From contig NC_087437.1 of NCBI RefSeq assembly GCF_036321535.1, positions 101,930,001-101,994,000 on the forward strand: DNA of 64,000 nt. The letters run 5' to 3'. Below, piece by piece: positions 63,752-64,000 of this stretch (within the stretch, counting starts at the first letter, position 1; every line of letters begins with the position of its first letter). The DNA is from Camelus dromedarius. Lineage: Eukaryota. Below the pieces are notes generated by a model. That model made no database searches, had not been told where the DNA came from, and saw only the letters and a program-made list of their open reading frames with translations. The translations under genes were made by a program, and so were the position numbers.

Positions 63752-64000
63752 AATTTTTTATTGAGGTATAGTCAGTGTACAATGTTGTGTCAATTTCTGA
63801 TGTACAGCACAATACTTCAGTCATGCATGAATATACATATATTCATTTTCATATTCTTTTTCAATATAAGCTGCTATAAGATATTAAATATATTTCCCTG
63901 TGCTATATAGTACAGACTTGTTTATCTATTTTATATACACCAGTCAGTATCTGCAAATTTCGAACTCCCAGGTTATCCCTTCCCACCACCCTCCTTCCCG
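63752..64000 (-). mobile_element. Lineage-specific L1 3' end, running off the window
   Basis: Reverse complement of the same L1 3' UTR as 1530-1780 (TGTTGTGTCAATTTCTG, TTTCCCTGTGCTATA, CTTGTTTATCTATTTTATATA). Confidence 0.92.

Noticed and set aside
1..64000. CRISPR array, operon, or prokaryotic/viral defence system
   Set aside because: No regularly spaced repeats and no gene-dense ORFs. The content is eutherian interspersed repeats and non-coding DNA.

Overview
This is AT-rich, CpG-depleted mammalian genomic DNA, roughly one third GC by eye. It is most likely camelid (alpaca/llama/camel), judging from a Vic-1-type tRNA-Ala SINE at the start and recent L1 3' ends. I recognise no intact protein-coding gene. 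The only ORF-track translations I recognise are transposon relics: the L1 ORF2 C-terminus and ERV-L RNase H. The window reads as intronic or intergenic sequence filled with old and young repeats (L1, L2, MIR, MaLR, ERV-L, ERV1 LTRs, MER2). I found no convincing novel multi-gene system. The best leads are: (i) splice signals on + that could mark a gene 3' end (2.8-4.8 kb) and a separate unannotated spliced transcript starting near 22.9 kb; (ii) a recursive-splice-like polypyrimidine-CAG|GTAAGT site at 27258; (iii) an old 94-bp local duplication next to that site; (iv) an MLT2 (ERV-L) LTR joined directly to a MaLR-type internal region; (v) an ERV1 relic with a tRNA-Ser-like primer site. Repeat family names come from my recall of consensus sequences, not from a database search, and repeat boundaries are approximate.
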